36,142 nt of DNA from Octopus bimaculoides (taxonomy: Eukaryota). Below, one piece after another: positions 33,258-36,142 of this stretch. The position numbers and the translations under genes were made by a program. Position 1 is the first letter of the stretch. Each line of letters begins with the position of its first letter. The stretch covers positions 25,928,688 to 25,964,829 of the forward strand of contig NC_068992.1 of the NCBI RefSeq assembly GCF_001194135.2, in the 5' to 3' direction. The notes under the pieces were generated by a model. That model saw nothing but the letters and a program-made list of their open reading frames with translations, was not told the DNA's origin and did not search any database.

Positions 33258-33696
33258 NNNNNNNNNNNNNNNNNNNNNNNNNNNNNNNNNNNNNNNNNNN
33301 NNNNNNNNNNNNNNNNNNNNNNNNNNNNNNNNNNNNNNNNNNNNNNNNNNNNNNNNNNNNNNNNNNNNNNNNNNNNNNNNNNNNNNNNNNNNNNNNNNNN
33401 NNNNNNNGTAGTAATAGTAGTAGTACTGGTGGTGGTGGTGGTGGTAGTAGTAGTGGTGGTGGTGATGGTAGTAGTAATAGTAGTAGTGGTGGTGATAGCA
33501 GTAGGAAGCAGCAGCCGCAGCAACAGCAGTAGTAGTAGTAGTAGTTGGTGGTGGTGATGGTAGTAGTAATAGTAGTAGTGGTGGTGATAGTAGTAATAGT
33601 AGTTGTAGTGGGTGTGTTGGTAGTAGTAGGAATAGTAGTAACGGTAATAGTAGTAGTACTGGTGGTAGCAGCAGCAGCAGCAGCAGCAGCAGTAGC

Positions 33697-33748
<52 letters not shown>

Positions 33749-33750
33749 TC
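33180..33750. repeat. (ACT)n, gap, then (AGT)n/(GGT)n/(AGC)n microsatellites
   Basis: Directly visible; the gap at 33258-33407 separates opposite-orientation tracts. Confidence 0.95.
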
Positions 33751-33809
33751 AACGCCACCACTACTATCACTAACACTACGATCAGCAGAGTAACAACTAT
33801 TTATTTTCA

Positions 33810-34060
33810 TAGCAGAATCGTTAGCATCCCGGGCAAAACGTTTAGCAGCATTTCATCTGTCCTCACGTCCTCACGTTCTAAGTTCAAATTCGGCCAAGTT
33901 CGACTTCGCCTTTTATTCCTTCGCGGGGCTATGAAACAAGTACTGGTTGAATACTGGAGTCCATGTAACCGACTTACCTCTCCCCTAAAATTGCTGACCG
34001 TGTGCCAAGTGTCGTCCGTCGCGGACGATTTCGCCTTTGATTCTTTCGGGGGTAGCATAG
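33810..34060 (+). mobile_element. SINE family B plus a short duplicated core fragment
   Basis: TAGCAGAATCGTTAGCATCCCGGGCAAAACGTTTAGC...AAGTTCAAATTCGGCCAAGTTCGACTTCGCC. Confidence 0.82.
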
Positions 34061-34066
34061 TTTGAA

Positions 34067-34401
34067 AGGCGTGGCTATGTGGTAAGTAGCTTGCTCACCA
34101 ACCACATTATTCCGGGTTCAATCCCATTGCGCGGCGCCTTAGGTAGGTGTCTTCTACTATAGTCTCGGGTTGACGAAATCCTTGTGAGTGGATTTGGTAG
34201 GCGGAAACTGAAAGAAGCCCTCATATATATATATATATATATATATATGCATGTATGTATATATAACGAGACTGATAGAATAATAAGTACTAGTCTTTCA
34301 AAGAATAAGTCCTGGGGTCGATTCGTTCGACTAAAGGCGGTGCTCCAGCATGACCGCAGTCAAATGACTAAAACAAGTAAAAGAATAAAACAGTAAAAGA
34401 A
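34067..34401 (+). mobile_element. tRNA-derived SINE, family A
   Basis: GGCGTGGCTATGTGGTAAGTAGCTTGCTCACCAACCACATTATTCCGGGTTCAATCCC head, and a CAAATGACTAAAACAAGTAAAAGAAT tail. Confidence 0.92.
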
Positions 34402-34460
34402 TCAACACCAGTACCATCACCACTATTAATACTGATACAAGTATACTACTACTACCACTG

Positions 34461-34517
<57 letters not shown>

Positions 34518-35125
34518 GCCTCCTTGTATGTTCTTATGATGCATGAAAGCCTCAGTAGTCATGAAAAATATTTAGATTGAATGAATGCGGTTATTAAGCT
34601 TTCACTTTTATTATTCTATGGAAGACTGCACAGAATATAATGTATGACTTAAAGATTCCATCGCTGTTTAGTTACATATTTAAGAGTTTTTACTGATTTA
34701 CTTATTGAAATTTTTTACATATACTCTTGTACATAGGGTTAATGTATTTGAAAGTTGTGGTTTCTTTGGTATGTTTGTTCCCAAACAACACTTATTTTAG
34801 TTCTGTTGAAACCGCCGGATTGAATGGTACTGCTCAGGTGTCGAAACCACAATGATGTCTGTGGGGCAGCTGATGATGGAGGTTTGTTGGATTGTTGGTA
34901 TGGCTGTTTTTGTATATGTGGAATAGTGTTATAACGCATCCTTTTGATATACATACATCATTTCTTCTGTGTCTTTATATTCTCAGTAATCGACTAACCC
35001 CCATCATCTGCTGGCCCTGAGTAAAAGATTTGAAACGATATATTTCTCTGTTACATCTTCCTTATCTATGTCTATTTTCCACTATTGTTAATATTCGTCA
35101 TCATAATTATTATATCTATTAACTA

Positions 35126-35342
35126 AAGCGGTGAGCTGACAAAATCGTTAGCACACCGGTCAAAATGCATAGAGACTTTTCGTCCATGTCCATATCCTGA
35201 TTTCATCTGCCACGGAGGTCGACATTGCGTTTCGTTCTACGGAATCGATAAAAAAGTATCAGTTCACAACTGGGGTCAATATAATTGACTTACCCCCACC
35301 CCATCTAACGAAATTACTGGCCTTGTGCCGAAATTTGAAACC
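35126..35342 (+). mobile_element. SINE family B
   Basis: AAGCGGTGAGCTGACAAAATCGTTAGCACACCGGTCAAAATGC...GGCCTTGTGCCGAAATTTGAAAC. Confidence 0.85.
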
Positions 35343-35377
35343 GTTATTATTATCATCTTTATTGTTATTGTGTTTAA

Positions 35378-35590
35378 GGCGGTGAGCTGGCAGAATGGCT
35401 AGCATGCCGGGCGAAATGCTTAGCTGTACTTCGTCTGCCGCTACGTTGTGTGTTCAAATCACGCCGAGAGCGACTTTGTCTTTCATCCTTTCGTGGTTAA
35501 TAAATTAAGTACCAATGAAACACTGGGGTCAATGTAATATGACTAGTCCACTCCCCCAAAATTCCAGGCCTTGTGCCTAGACTAGAAAGG
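35378..35590 (+). mobile_element. SINE family B, near full length
   Basis: GGCGGTGAGCTGGCAGAATGGCTAGCATGCCGGGCGAAATGCTTAGC...GTTCAAATC...AAATTAAGTACC...GGCCTTGTGCCTAG. Confidence 0.92.
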
Positions 35591-35781
35591 ATTACTATTA
35601 TCATTATTGTGTTTTGCTGCCGAGTGTCTTCCGACACCTAGAGCAAAGCAACTCACTGTATGCATTGGTAGGTCATTAAAATAAATGCACTAGATTGCTC
35701 ATTTGAAAAGTCAAGTTATGCGATGAAAAAAGGAATACAAAAAATAAATAAATAAAAAATGAAACAAGAACGAAAGAAAAA

Positions 35782-35910
<129 letters not shown>

Positions 35911-35944
35911 CTCAGGCTGTATGTCGATAGAATCTTTAACATAC

Positions 35945-36122
35945 AAGACAAAATGCTTAGCGGCATTATTTTGACTTTACGTTTCTAATTCAGATTCCAT
36001 CGAGGTTGAGATTGCCGTTCGTCCATTTGGAGTCGATAAAATAAGCACCAATCGAGCCTGTGTATTCGATTTTCCGGTCCCCTTCAAAACTGTTTGCCGC
36101 GTACCAAAAATTTGAAACAATT
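35945..36122 (+). mobile_element. Decayed SINE family B
   Basis: CAAAATGCTTAGCGGCATT...GGAGTCGATAAAATAAGCACC...AAATTTGAAAC. Confidence 0.75.
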
Positions 36123-36142
36123 CTTATTGTATTAACTACAGT

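Overview
Repeat-saturated, AT-rich eukaryotic scaffold with several N gaps. It is very probably from a coleoid cephalopod (Octopus), judged from my recognition of its SINE families and microsatellite load; this is not a database result. I found no host protein-coding gene that I can support, and most ORFs in the supplied track are artefacts of microsatellites or gaps. The window is a nested mosaic of tRNA-derived SINEs from at least four families, decayed Tc1/mariner transposons, a decayed Tx1/L1-clade RT, a decayed RTE (BovB-like) RT, Penelope-like element (PLE) fragments, a palindromic MITE and a probable non-autonomous Helitron. The most interesting signal is a short non-coding repeat with three copies (11403-11688, 17671-17980, 17992-18315). 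It joins a tRNA-like Pol III head, an (AAT)n linker and a PLE-type tail carrying a minimal hammerhead ribozyme (intact core at 17760-17803, minus strand). It recurs in head-to-head inverted arrangements, and a stop-free PLE reverse-transcriptase fragment lies nearby (20911-21099).
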